Below, piece by piece: positions 10,817-21,356 of a stretch of 64,000 nt of DNA. The position numbers and the translations under genes were made by a program. Source of the DNA: TPA_inf: Saccharomyces (Eukaryota). How positions within the stretch are numbered: position 1 is the stretch's first letter; every line of letters begins with the position of its first letter. The stretch covers positions 832,001-896,000 of the forward strand of contig BK006948.2 of assembly GCA_000146045.2 (NCBI GenBank), in the 5' to 3' direction. Below the pieces are notes generated by a model. The model saw only the letters and a list, made by a program, of their open reading frames with translations. It searched no databases and was not told the origin of the DNA.

Positions 10817-11644
10817 ATGTCTAGTCGTAAAAAAGTCAGAGTATTACTGCTCAAGAATAAAACTGTCCCCATTGATAAATATGAATTGGAGTGTAGGAGT
10901 AAGGCGTTTGAACCCATATTCGTACCGCTTATTAAACATACACATGTAATTCAAGATTTTAGAAATGTTTTGAATACCATCCCAAACTATTTGAATACTA
11001 TCAATTACATTATTATTACCTCTCAAAGGACTGTAGAGTCATTGAATGAAGCGATCATTCCCACATTGACAAGTGAACAAAAAGCTGCATTGCTCAGTAA
11101 AACAGTTTATACTGTAGGCCCTGCTACTGCTAACTTCATCAGAAGATCAGGTTTCATTAATGTTAAAGGTGGAGAAGACGCTGGTAATGGTTCAATCCTT
11201 GCTGATATAATTATTGATGACTTGAGTACGGATATTAAGGCATGCCCACCAAGTGAACTATTATTTCTCGTGGGTGAAATTAGAAGAGATATCATCCCAA
11301 AGAAACTCCATAGCAAGGGAATAAAAGTAAGAGAAGTGGTTACTTATAAAACTGAAGAATTAAGCGACGGTTTTAAAAGATTCATACACGCCATGAAAGA
11401 ATGCGATGAGGATGAAGTATTCTCGGACTGGGTGGTAGTTTTCAGTCCCCAGGGAACGAAAGAAATTACTCAGTATTTGGGTGACAGTAACCGCCTACCA
11501 GGTTCCCATCTACGGGTTGCGTCCATCGGACCTACCACTAAAAAATATCTGGATGATAATGATGTAACCTCTGATGTGGTCAGTCCAAAACCGGACCCCA
11601 AGTCGCTATTAGATGCTATTGAATTATACCAGCGCCATAAATAA
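10817..11644 (+). CDS. HEM4: uroporphyrinogen-III synthase, 275 aa
   Basis: Length and sequence MSSRKKVRVLLLKNKTVPIDKYE are recognised as Hem4. The gene order CAF20-HEM4-RFM1 is consistent with that. Confidence 0.75.
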   Translation: MSSRKKVRVLLLKNKTVPIDKYELECRSKAFEPIFVPLIKHTHVIQDFRNVLNTIPNYLNTINYIIITSQRTVESLNEAIIPTLTSEQKAALLSKTVYTVGPATANFIRRSGFINVKGGEDAGNGSILADIIIDDLSTDIKACPPSELLFLVGEIRRDIIPKKLHSKGIKVREVVTYKTEELSDGFKRFIHAMKECDEDEVFSDWVVVFSPQGTKEITQYLGDSNRLPGSHLRVASIGPTTKKYLDDNDVTSDVVSPKPDPKSLLDAIELYQRHK

Positions 11645-11697
11645 TATTGATACGTCATATTTCTCTCTATTTATATTTATTTACTTCTTCAAAGAAG

Positions 11698-12630
11698 CTA
11701 TTGGGTAGAGTCCCAATCTCTTTTGCGTATACCCGCTACACCACCTTCAAATCTAGATAATATACTTCGTATTCTTTTATTCCCGACAAGTTCATTAATC
11801 TTTATGCTCTTGAATGACGGTTTGGTCCTCATTTGCTTTTCTGGTGTATATCTTGCCTTAGGAGGGAGGATCCAATCAGACCTTCTACGTGACTCCAAAA
11901 TTTTGGGTACCAAACTCTCATATAGGTCTTGGATTTTGGTCTCCCCTTCATCTCCGTCATGTCCGTCGCCTTCTTCATCTTCTTCTGACCCCAGTCTAGA
12001 CTGTGAACGTCTTTTGTCTCTTTCTGATATCCTTGATGATCTCCTTCTAATACCATCCCTTTCAGTTATATCTGAAGCAATGTCAATATTTTCCACTTCT
12101 GATATTGGAATTGGAAATGGCAATTCACTTCCATTTATTTCAGAAATAGTAACATCATCATTGTTTGCATTCGCTTCACTAATTGAGGGTAAAGATGCTG
12201 GTAGACTATTTTCTCTTTGAATAGCTCGAGATCTCGTACGTCTTCTTCGACTGGCAGCACCAGTAGTTGTAGGAGTGTTCTCACCTGAATATTCTGTATC
12301 GCTGATATCAGCTGATGAGTTTGATCTAGTAGAAGAGGAGGAGGAGGATGTGTTGCGAGGGATTGGTTCGCCGACTTCTTGTGTAGAGTTCCTCTTGATT
12401 TTCTTGTAGTATATTCCATATTCTTTATTTCTTAAACTGTCAATATCCACATGGCCACTTGCAGATATTCCTTTTTTGAACGTTTTTATCAGGAAATAAT
12501 CCTGATACGATTCAAACTCCAAGGGTTTAATGGATTTATTAAAGTCTTTTATTTCATTTATTAACCTCCTCTTATCATTGATTAAACTTTGCAAATCACT
12601 ATTTTTTATGATTTCCGTATTTGTACTCAT
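11698..12630 (-). CDS. RFM1: Sum1/Hst1 repressor-complex adaptor, 310 aa
   Basis: The track ORF is MRMSTN. The known N-terminus MSTNTEIIKNSDLQSL starts at the complement of 12628-12630. A Ser-rich low-complexity middle region is present. Confidence 0.65.
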   Translation of the reverse strand: MSTNTEIIKNSDLQSLINDKRRLINEIKDFNKSIKPLEFESYQDYFLIKTFKKGISASGHVDIDSLRNKEYGIYYKKIKRNSTQEVGEPIPRNTSSSSSSTRSNSSADISDTEYSGENTPTTTGAASRRRRTRSRAIQRENSLPASLPSISEANANNDDVTISEINGSELPFPIPISEVENIDIASDITERDGIRRRSSRISERDKRRSQSRLGSEEDEEGDGHDGDEGETKIQDLYESLVPKILESRRRSDWILPPKARYTPEKQMRTKPSFKSIKINELVGNKRIRSILSRFEGGVAGIRKRDWDSTQ

Positions 12631-12991
12631 TCGCACTTTCTTATAACACCTTCCTGTTGTTCTAATTAAATTCTTTTAATTAAAATTAATAGTTATTTTA
12701 TATGCAATGTCTTATGATCACTTCTAGCTGTCAGTGTTCCTAGGATAGTGTTCAACAGCGTTTAATATTAATATATTGAGATACTTCCGCCAGATAAAAG
12801 AAATCCTTACGTTAAATATATATCATTCGTGTGCCGCGAAAATTCTTTCTTTAGCAACAGATATAAATCAGGTATAGAAAATCAAACGTCAAAGAAGGCG
12901 GCAGAAAAGTCACACTATTCCTTTTTCTCGTCGATATTTTCAATAGTTTTATAAAAATTGTATGTAGCTCATATAAATATCAATTATCGAA

Positions 12992-13792
12992 TTACAATTT
13001 ACCCAAGGAATCGATCATATCTAACAAATCATCTTCCAATTGAGGTTTGTCAAATTGTTTCCGATCTACTTCAGGTTGGGCATTATGCTCTTGACCCTCT
13101 TTGCTAGTAATTCCTTGGATCCAATTGCAAACTTGGGATACGAATGGTTTCGAGTTTGGGACAAAATGGGCTCCAGGATGAACCAACAATGTCCTTTTGT
13201 TATCGGGCCATGACTCGTACAATGCCATGATTCTAGATTCTGCTACAACTTCATCTAACTCCCCCCTTACATGTAGAGAGGGCACCTGGATAATCCTATG
13301 ATATTCTTTCTGGTAGGATTGATCTTCTAATTTGAATCCACTAAATGAAATAAAAAATTTTAAAGCGGGCTGTTGTTCATCAGTAAGATTTAATATTCTG
13401 TTAAAGTCAGTGACTAAGTAGCCCCCAAGACCTGCACCTTGGCTGAATCCAATGACACCATCAAATGGTCCATTTTCTAGCACGTAGTTACGTAAATAGT
13501 TAAACACCTTTTGATCTATTTGAAAGGAATTGAAAGATTCGGGATTTCTAAAGAACCACCCGTATACTTCATCACTAGTCGCTGAGGTGTTGAATTCCTT
13601 CGCAGCATCTCTACCCTTTTCTGACTCTGATTGGAATAACGCTTTTTTATCAATTGAATGTGGGGCGCAAGGATAGTATAAATCGTAACCTAACTTCTTC
13701 AAATTCTTTCGTAATCCTCCAGTCTTCGCAGAAAATATCTTATCGGATTGGACAAAACCATGTAGCATTAGAACTTTCTTCTTTTCACTCAT
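12992..13792 (-). CDS. FSH3: family-of-serine-hydrolases protein (alpha/beta hydrolase), 266 aa
   Basis: The nucleophile motif GFSQGA (GxSxG) and a C-terminal His are present. The length matches Fsh3. Confidence 0.7.
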   Translation of the reverse strand: MSEKKKVLMLHGFVQSDKIFSAKTGGLRKNLKKLGYDLYYPCAPHSIDKKALFQSESEKGRDAAKEFNTSATSDEVYGWFFRNPESFNSFQIDQKVFNYLRNYVLENGPFDGVIGFSQGAGLGGYLVTDFNRILNLTDEQQPALKFFISFSGFKLEDQSYQKEYHRIIQVPSLHVRGELDEVVAESRIMALYESWPDNKRTLLVHPGAHFVPNSKPFVSQVCNWIQGITSKEGQEHNAQPEVDRKQFDKPQLEDDLLDMIDSLGKL

Positions 13793-14268
13793 AATAATAA
13801 TTCTGGGGTTTGTGGTAGAATTCAGTTTGAAAATGCACCGAAGTAGAACAGATTACTTTCTGTATTACTGCATCCATAGTGTTCTTTATACGCACAACTA
13901 GAAAAAGTAAATTTCTATCCTCTGACAACAAAGCGAAAAAGTAGTAAAACTTGATACCAGACCATGCTCCATATGACGATTTAAAAGGTTTATTCTGTCA
14001 AGATGTGCCTGCTCGAACTTAATAAGGGGTTTTATTGTATCTGTATCCTAAGTATGCTTGACGGTAATTAAAGAGCTTTAATTGGTTGCCATGACAACGG
14101 CTCTTACTAAAATCCATGCTGCAGCGATGTTCAATCATACATACCGTAATCCTCGCGTAAACATTCAGAGAAGTACATGACAAAGTTTGCTGTTCTTTAT
14201 ATCTGTATATATTAAATAATGGGGATAGTGACACCACTTAGCCTGTAAATAAGGAATATTCGCACTAT

Positions 14269-15129
14269 TTAGTCAAAAAATCCATCATCATCATCATTAA
14301 TGTTGCCATCATCATTTCCACCTATGCCGACATTAAATTTTCCTCTAATACCTGACCTGATCGATTTTTTTTCACCGTAATGCAATTTTCTCTCTTCCCT
14401 GGATTCTTCATCGTCTCGGTTCATTATCAGTCTGTTGTCTCCTTCTGCAACAGCGCCAACTTTTACCATAAAATCTTCAAAGTCTTCCATCTTGGAATTA
14501 TTACCACCCAGTTCTAGTAGCGTTATCATGTTTTTGATTACCTCACCCCGGTAATATACAATTAATGTCGGGCAATTGGATTCGGGATAGTTTTCAATTG
14601 CTCTATTGGCAGGTATTTCTACAAATTTTATTTCTCTGAATTTGCATGCAGCAGATTGGAAAAGATGAGACAGAATTCTGCTTTGTAGTTTACTTTGAAG
14701 CGAGAGATGAACGAATACGTAGACACCACCGTCATCCTCTTCACCATTGTCATTGGTTTGTGCACCTTCATATTTCTTTCCCTGACTGGCCAAAGTAACC
14801 TCTTTGTTGTATTCAGGTTTGTTAATGTGGAAAACTTCTCCAAATTTGGAACGTTCCTGTAATTTGCGGATTTCATTTAATCTTTTGATCTTGTAAGCTT
14901 CCAAGAAATCTTCATCTTCATCGTCTTCTAGTTCTTCCAAATCCGACAAGTCTTTATCTTCTAGTCTATTTTCATGCTGCTTGGCAATTGCTTCTTCTAA
15001 TGCTTCTTCTAACTTTGCAGTGGGCGAAGGTGCACGTTCTGGTATTACACCCTTCGCTCTTAAAATATCGTTCCATTCACTGTCTTCAGATTCGTCCACC
15101 TGGACCTGAAACATTGGTTCATTCTGCAT
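14269..15129 (-). CDS. PLP2: phosducin-like protein (thioredoxin-fold, CCT/actin-tubulin folding cofactor), 286 aa
   Basis: An acidic N-terminal half ([11 protein letters not shown]) is followed by a thioredoxin-like C-terminal half. Recognised as Plp2. Confidence 0.75.
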
Positions 15130-15452
15130 TATGTCTGCTGAATATGCCTTTCTTCTCAGTGATGTTTACTCGAAGGCGTTATCTTGTACTGCAGATTTCT
15201 TCAGGTCGATCATATAACCTTTTCTTTTTTTCCTCTAGCGGGATTTCCTCTTTTTTCAGTAATTTTTTTTCCAGCGATATTAATACAATGGGAAAATCAG
15301 GTCGTCACAATATTACTTAATTCTTTTTTGAATTGTAGAACATAAAGTATTGCTTTATTCATTCTGGTTCGAATTAGTCTCATACTGTAAGATCAAAGCG
15401 GCAACGAAGCTCGAAGCTATACAAGCACCCAAAAATATATTTATACCCAAGA

Positions 15453-16145
15453 ATGACTAAGGAAGTACCATATTATTGCGATAATGACGATAACAACATC
15501 ATCAGATTATTCATTATTAGGCATGGACAAACAGAACACAATGTAAAAAAAATTTTGCAAGGTCACAAAGATACCTCGATCAATCCTACGGGAGAAGAAC
15601 AAGCCACTAAATTGGGGCATTACTTGCGTTCAAGAGGTATTCATTTTGATAAGGTTGTCAGTAGTGATTTAAAAAGGTGTAGGCAAACTACGGCTTTAGT
15701 TTTGAAACATTCAAAACAAGAAAATGTGCCTACTTCCTATACTTCGGGGTTAAGGGAGCGTTATATGGGTGTTATTGAAGGTATGCAGATTACTGAGGCT
15801 GAAAAGTATGCTGATAAACATGGTGAAGGCTCCTTTAGAAATTTTGGGGAAAAAAGTGACGATTTTGTTGCTAGGTTAACTGGATGTGTCGAAGAAGAAG
15901 TTGCTGAAGCATCTAATGAAGGTGTCAAGAATCTAGCCCTAGTTAGTCATGGAGGTGCTATCAGAATGATTTTACAATGGTTAAAGTATGAAAATCATCA
16001 AGCTCATAAGATCATTGTTTTCAACACCTCTGTCACTATAGTTGATTACGTCAAGGACTCCAAGCAGTTTATTGTGAGACGTGTCGGAAACACCCAACAT
16101 CTTGGTGATGGCGAATTTGTCGTCAGTGACTTAAGATTACGTTAG
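15453..16145 (+). CDS. histidine-phosphatase / phosphoglycerate-mutase family protein (YOR283W-like), 230 aa
   Basis: The catalytic RHGQTEHN motif (RHG) is near the N-terminus, and the C-terminal SHGGAIR has the second catalytic His. Confidence 0.75.
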   Translation: MTKEVPYYCDNDDNNIIRLFIIRHGQTEHNVKKILQGHKDTSINPTGEEQATKLGHYLRSRGIHFDKVVSSDLKRCRQTTALVLKHSKQENVPTSYTSGLRERYMGVIEGMQITEAEKYADKHGEGSFRNFGEKSDDFVARLTGCVEEEVAEASNEGVKNLALVSHGGAIRMILQWLKYENHQAHKIIVFNTSVTIVDYVKDSKQFIVRRVGNTQHLGDGEFVVSDLRLR

Positions 16146-16477
16146 ACACTATATGGTTATTCACTGTTGGGTTTTTCTCATTTTGTATTAGAAATGCGGT
16201 TTAGGTAGTAATAGAAATTTCGCATGCGTGTATTTTATTTTAAAACATATAGTTCGTAAGGGTTTATCTAAATGCAGTAGATGTTCATAAATTATAGGGG
16301 TTTTATGTTTTTATATTATTGATATAGTTTTTCACATGAGATGAGAACGACGCGTTTATTTTAAAGGAAAGAAAACTGTGTCGTAATATGTAACAAGACT
16401 ACATTGATACTCCATAGCAGAGAAATGGATATGTTCTGTCGGTGGTAAATTCAGGTGAATTGTATATCAGTGAAACT

Positions 16478-17209
16478 ATGCAACAAACAAAATTTGGCAA
16501 GATGTATTTGGACCACGATTCGGTAGTTGAGTACTCAGAAGATGAAATTGTCGAAGCCGATCGTATTACATTGGGCTATAAAAAGAGATTGTCAATGATT
16601 GAAAATCAAATGCGACATCTTTTGGAGGATTTTAGTTTGGACGTTCAGCAGATTGAACCCATTCTTGCCGACTTGCAGAAGTACTACGACGCGTTTCTAC
16701 AACTTTTACAGAAAAGGAACAAATCATTACAATGTAAGAGGTCCACTCACCAGCCGGTCCCATCCCCAATGAATAGCCAGACATCAACAAATGCAAAGGT
16801 TAATTTGAGCGGAAAGCTTATGAAGTTTCAGCTAAATAGTGTACAAAAGTTCGACGAAGAAAATATACTAAGGATTCTGCAAAATAAAATAGAATTCGAA
16901 CATTATTTCCAAATTGATAAAGGTAAGAAGCAAAAGGTGCTATTACTTGCCGTATATCAATGCCTCAATGGGCCAACACGTTTGCATAAAGTGCTTAATA
17001 TTGAGGGAATTATACATAATAATAGTATCAGAACTATACTGGGCAAACAAGTGTCCAGTTCTAAGTGGACAGTGTTTCTGTACGATGTAAAACTAGTTTT
17101 ATTGGCGCATAGACAAGATGTTCCGAACTTAGAAACTAGCAAGATGATCGTCAGATATGGTGATTTATTTCCCTGTGCATTGTACTTCAAAGATCATACA
17201 GCATACTAA
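16478..17209 (+). CDS. HUA2: cytoplasmic protein of unknown function linked to actin patch assembly, 243 aa
   Basis: The track ORF carries 12 extra residues. The in-frame ATG at 16478 gives MQQTKFGKMYLDHD and 243 aa, as I recall for Hua2. Confidence 0.55.
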   Translation: MQQTKFGKMYLDHDSVVEYSEDEIVEADRITLGYKKRLSMIENQMRHLLEDFSLDVQQIEPILADLQKYYDAFLQLLQKRNKSLQCKRSTHQPVPSPMNSQTSTNAKVNLSGKLMKFQLNSVQKFDEENILRILQNKIEFEHYFQIDKGKKQKVLLLAVYQCLNGPTRLHKVLNIEGIIHNNSIRTILGKQVSSSKWTVFLYDVKLVLLAHRQDVPNLETSKMIVRYGDLFPCALYFKDHTAY

Positions 17210-17634
17210 GCGCTTTCCAGGGACACCTTCTGTCGCAAAATATCAGAATTTTTCTTGATTAAACGCAGCATATTGAGTATATGAAATTAACGGGACACTG
17301 TGTGAAAAATTTGTAGTTGTACTTTTTTGTTATCCCCTTTGGTAGACATATGGACGAATTACTACTAAGATTGGCTTCCATAAGGCCCAAATCCAGATAT
17401 CACCTACGGTATGTCCTTTTCCTACTTGCAATGACAAATAATTTGTTATTTATCTTGGAACCTATATAAGTTACATCTGATTGCTTTTGTATTTTTTTTG
17501 GAGAATATTATTACCCGCGGGGAAGGAAGTAAGGGGAGAATTTTTGAGGTGTATAAAAGAGAGTGGAGGCTTAATCAATCAAAGAATTCTTTCTCGTTTA
17601 TTTTCAGGGTTTGTGACTAAGAAACGATATTAAA

Positions 17635-18054
17635 ATGTGGAAGGCCGTGATGAATGCTTGGAATGGAACCGAGAGTCAAAGTAAGAATGTTTCAAATATT
17701 CAATCTTACAGTTTTGAAGACATGAAAAGAATCGTTGGAAAGCATGATCCTAATGTGGTTTTGGTAGATGTTAGAGAACCATCTGAGTACTCGATTGTTC
17801 ATATTCCTGCTTCCATCAATGTGCCATATAGATCGCACCCTGACGCATTTGCCTTAGATCCTTTAGAATTTGAGAAACAGATTGGCATCCCAAAACCTGA
17901 CAGTGCCAAGGAGCTAATATTTTATTGTGCTTCTGGCAAACGCGGGGGAGAAGCTCAAAAAGTCGCCTCCTCACATGGATATTCAAACACCTCACTATAT
18001 CCTGGCTCTATGAATGATTGGGTTTCTCATGGGGGTGATAAACTTGACTTATAG
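17635..18054 (+). CDS. RDL1: single-domain rhodanese (thiosulfate sulfurtransferase), 139 aa
   Basis: The rhodanese active-site loop CASGKRG is present. It is a clear paralog of the downstream ORF; shared motifs include LVDVREP, ELIFxCA and YPGS. Confidence 0.85.
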   Translation: MWKAVMNAWNGTESQSKNVSNIQSYSFEDMKRIVGKHDPNVVLVDVREPSEYSIVHIPASINVPYRSHPDAFALDPLEFEKQIGIPKPDSAKELIFYCASGKRGGEAQKVASSHGYSNTSLYPGSMNDWVSHGGDKLDL

Positions 18055-18279
18055 CCTTGTATACTCTAGGTATGTACCCTGTGTATTTTCGTAAGCTAGT
18101 AACGTATTATGCCATTTATGTCACACCGTTCATAATATTTGCCTATTGCATTGGCTGTGATAGCGGCGGCGCAAAGAAATTAGGAAGTATAAAAAAAAAA
18201 ATACAAAACTTAATCTGAATGGAATAAGATAGCGATAACTCTCAACAAATGGAAGCGAGACAGAAGAAAAAGACCAACG

Positions 18280-18729
18280 ATGTTCAAGCATAGTACAGGT
18301 ATTCTCTCGAGGACAGTTTCTGCAAGATCGCCTACATTGGTCCTGAGAACATTTACAACGAAGGCTCCAAAGATCTATACTTTTGACCAGGTCAGGAACC
18401 TAGTCGAACACCCCAATGATAAAAAACTATTGGTAGATGTAAGGGAACCCAAGGAAGTAAAGGATTACAAGATGCCAACTACAATAAATATTCCGGTGAA
18501 TAGTGCCCCTGGCGCTCTTGGATTGCCCGAAAAGGAGTTTCACAAAGTTTTCCAATTTGCTAAACCACCTCACGATAAAGAATTGATTTTTCTTTGTGCG
18601 AAAGGAGTAAGAGCCAAAACTGCCGAAGAGTTGGCTCGATCTTATGGGTACGAAAACACTGGTATCTATCCTGGTTCTATTACTGAGTGGTTAGCTAAAG
18701 GTGGTGCTGACGTTAAGCCCAAAAAATAA
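18280..18729 (+). CDS. RDL2: mitochondrial single-domain rhodanese, 149 aa
   Basis: The N-terminus MFKHSTGILSRTVSARSPTLVLRTF looks like a presequence, being rich in Arg, Ser and Thr with no acidic residues. The active-site loop is CAKGVRA. It is a tandem paralog of RDL1. Confidence 0.85.
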   Translation: MFKHSTGILSRTVSARSPTLVLRTFTTKAPKIYTFDQVRNLVEHPNDKKLLVDVREPKEVKDYKMPTTINIPVNSAPGALGLPEKEFHKVFQFAKPPHDKELIFLCAKGVRAKTAEELARSYGYENTGIYPGSITEWLAKGGADVKPKK

Positions 18730-18936
18730 GCCAAAAAGAAACAAGTATAATCGATATATCCTGTATATAGACAACCTTTTGTGTATTTCAAATTTTTTGT
18801 TGTCACCTCTCCGATTCATTCGATTTTCTCCTTGTGGTTCGCGGATAACCTCTTACTTCCATTAGTTTATGTGTGCGTTTATTTTTTTATCTTTCTCTAT
18901 ATATTACTTTAATGTGCATTCTTTTGCTTAAATACT

Positions 18937-19839
18937 CTACCTACGATTATGAAATTCAAATTGTTTAAACTCTTTACCCAATCTCTTCTTCCTTTTCCTT
19001 TCCATGACCTTTTCACGTTGCTTGGCCTTCATGTGATCAAATTTCCACTTTTGCACCACTTTACGTTTCTCAGACTTTTTCAAATGGTATCTCGTATTAT
19101 TGTTTTTATTCATATCATTTTCGTATTCCTTGAGAATTTCACGCTCGAGATCTTTGTTTTTCATTGATTGCAATCTCGATTTCATACTTTTCAGTCTTTG
19201 TTCCATTTCTTCACGTTCTCCCTGGTCTATTTTTGATAGAAATTTTCTTTCTTGTAACAGCTTCTGCAGTTCATCAATTTCTTTTTCTCTATATTCGTCC
19301 AAGAACTGGTAACGTTTTCTTATGATAGAACTATCAAGGGCTTTACCGGTGGACTTATCAAATCTGATGTCCTGATAGAGGTTAGACCTTTTATTCCTCG
19401 GTATTTCCAGCCCAGGGATATTTCGGACTCGTGGTACCCTTTTCTTGGATGATTGTTCTACTGGAGCGTGTTTGCTCTTCTTTTTTGGTACTTTCTGACC
19501 ATGATGAGTTTCATCCTCACTATCTTCTTCAAAGAATCCAGCATCCTCGTCTGATTGGTCCTCACTGTCCTCATCTTCATCAAAACTTTCTTCTCTGTAT
19601 GTAGTTGTGATCGGTTTTTTGTGAACGGGTTTCGTATCTTTGAAATCTTCTTCATCTATTACCGTTTCAGCCTTCTTCAAAGAACCAAAAGACAAGGTTT
19701 TCAACTCATCGTCACTTGATTCTTGTTCGTCAATTTCTCGCTTACTTTTGTTCGCCATTATGCTCTCCAATAAGTTTCCGTCATCTTCTTCTACGTCGGA
19801 GTTCAAGTCTGGCTTCAGATTTTTAAAGTAATACGACAT
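18937..19839 (-). CDS. RRP36: 18S rRNA processing / SSU processome component, 300 aa
   Basis: The ATG whose complement is at 19837-19839 gives [15 protein letters not shown]. The protein has an acidic Ser-rich N-terminus and a C-terminal basic coiled coil. PAC-like and RRPE motifs lie upstream. Confidence 0.65.
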
Positions 19840-19945
19840 TTTTAACCTTCTAGTGCTTATTGACCCTCTATACAATTTTTGGATGGCAATTTAATTATAC
19901 TATTTAGTACTTATTCTTATGCCCCAGTTTTCCGGTAGAAAGGCA

Positions 19946-19966
19946 AGCTCATCGGTTGAAAATTTT
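19946..19966 (-). promoter_or_regulatory. PAC-like (CCGATGAGC) plus RRPE (GAAAATTTTC) motifs about 110-130 bp upstream of RRP36
   Basis: The plus strand reads gctcatcggttgaaaattttc. Confidence 0.55.
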
Positions 19967-20120
19967 CAAAGCGGGTAATAAACGTGTCTTTCGGTATTTA
20001 ACCGCTCAGATAAAAGTTATTATTGCAAATAAAAGTAAACGTCCATGCCATCAGTTAGTGGACTATATAGATACATATGTTGTGTTTAATTAGATAATCA
20101 TTGAATGAGGAAACGTACCA

Positions 20121-21077
20121 CTACAATTCGTCGTGCTTGTTTCCTGAGGAGGAATGGTTCTTTTTAATTGGCTTCTTGCCAGTTTTTAAGTAAGCAATAT
20201 ATTCAGAACGTCTACTAAAAGGACCCTCATTGGGGGTAATACTAAAAGTGTCCCGCAGAAATTTGGAAATGTCATTTTTGTTGATTGAGTTCCCTTCATA
20301 CTCCCAAAATTTATCTTTGTCTGCATCAAAAACGACAAGCTTACTTTTATCGCTCTGTCGCTGTTCAGGAATGACCTTCTGCAAATATTTGAAAATCTCA
20401 GGAGTTTTTTCATATGTTGGGTTCATATCGGTTAGTTGCTTGAGTTTTTTGTTTGAAATTGAATAAAAATCGAACTTTCCTAACCAATCAAGGGCAATGC
20501 TTTTATAAACCGGTGAAATTTTGTCTTGTTTGGAAAACAACACCACGGAAAGTTTGGGTGACTTTCTAAGTAAAGAGCCAAGTGTATCTATACGGACAAA
20601 CTTTTTGACATATGACCTTATTCTTGAAAGAGAAAAATCAACAATAGGCGCGAGAGTTCTTGCACCTGAGTACACTTCATTGGCATGAGCGCTGAAACTT
20701 TTTTTGGCGTTATCTATTGGCTTAGATAGGTCAATTTTTGGGGGCCTAAATACCATTAACGTGGGAAATCCGTTTACGTCGTATTTAGCACACAAAGCCT
20801 TATTCTTGTTAAGGTCACAGTTTACAGCAGCAACTTGGACTACACCATCCAATCTTTTTGCTGCCTTGCGGAACGTACTAGAGAGCTTCTTACAATGGCC
20901 GCACCACGGAGCATAAAATTCCACTAATGATGTGTAATTTGTGTTATGGATCGCTTTATCGAAGCTTTTTGGCGTTAACTCTGATATATGAGGATCGGAA
21001 TCGTAAAAGTTTTGCGCCTTTACTTCATTCATAATAAAAAGTCCCAAAAGGAGCTTAATAATATTAAGAAATAACAT
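20121..21077 (-). CDS. MPD1: ER protein disulfide isomerase family member, 318 aa, C-terminal HDEL
   Basis: There is a signal peptide, the thioredoxin active site APWCGHCKK, and the ER-retention signal HDEL at the C-terminus. Confidence 0.85.
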   Translation of the reverse strand: MLFLNIIKLLLGLFIMNEVKAQNFYDSDPHISELTPKSFDKAIHNTNYTSLVEFYAPWCGHCKKLSSTFRKAAKRLDGVVQVAAVNCDLNKNKALCAKYDVNGFPTLMVFRPPKIDLSKPIDNAKKSFSAHANEVYSGARTLAPIVDFSLSRIRSYVKKFVRIDTLGSLLRKSPKLSVVLFSKQDKISPVYKSIALDWLGKFDFYSISNKKLKQLTDMNPTYEKTPEIFKYLQKVIPEQRQSDKSKLVVFDADKDKFWEYEGNSINKNDISKFLRDTFSITPNEGPFSRRSEYIAYLKTGKKPIKKNHSSSGNKHDEL

Positions 21078-21356
21078 TATATGTCAAATTTTGTCTCTCC
21101 TAATTGTGTTAAGTGGATGCTTACTGTTGAAAATGACTGCGAAAAGATATTTCTCTTCATGTTATTTAACTTTTACGTGTCAATTTTAATTTTTACCAAA
21201 TTTTTATACGCCTCGCAAGGCTCGAACAACGGCCCTTTTTTCAAGGGATAAGCACATGACACTGGGCGACAAAGGAGGAATATAAAGAGAAATTTGCGTC
21301 AATTTGTATCCAGATAAGATCCTTTGAAAAGATGGTTTTTGGCTTGTGCGATAGTA

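Noticed and set aside
14988-15320. 110-aa plus-strand ORF overlapping the PLP2 5' end and promoter
   Set aside because: It overlaps a conserved gene on the opposite strand, is low-complexity (LLLMLLLTL...), and has no recognisable domain. Probably a spurious, dubious ORF.
528-16313. Perfect 11-bp ARS consensus (WTTTAYRTTTW) matches, for example ATTTATATTTA at 528-538 and 11670-11680 and TTTTATGTTTT at 16303-16313
   Set aside because: The motif occurs frequently by chance in AT-rich yeast intergenic DNA. Without B-elements, nucleosome context or replication data, I cannot call any of them an origin.
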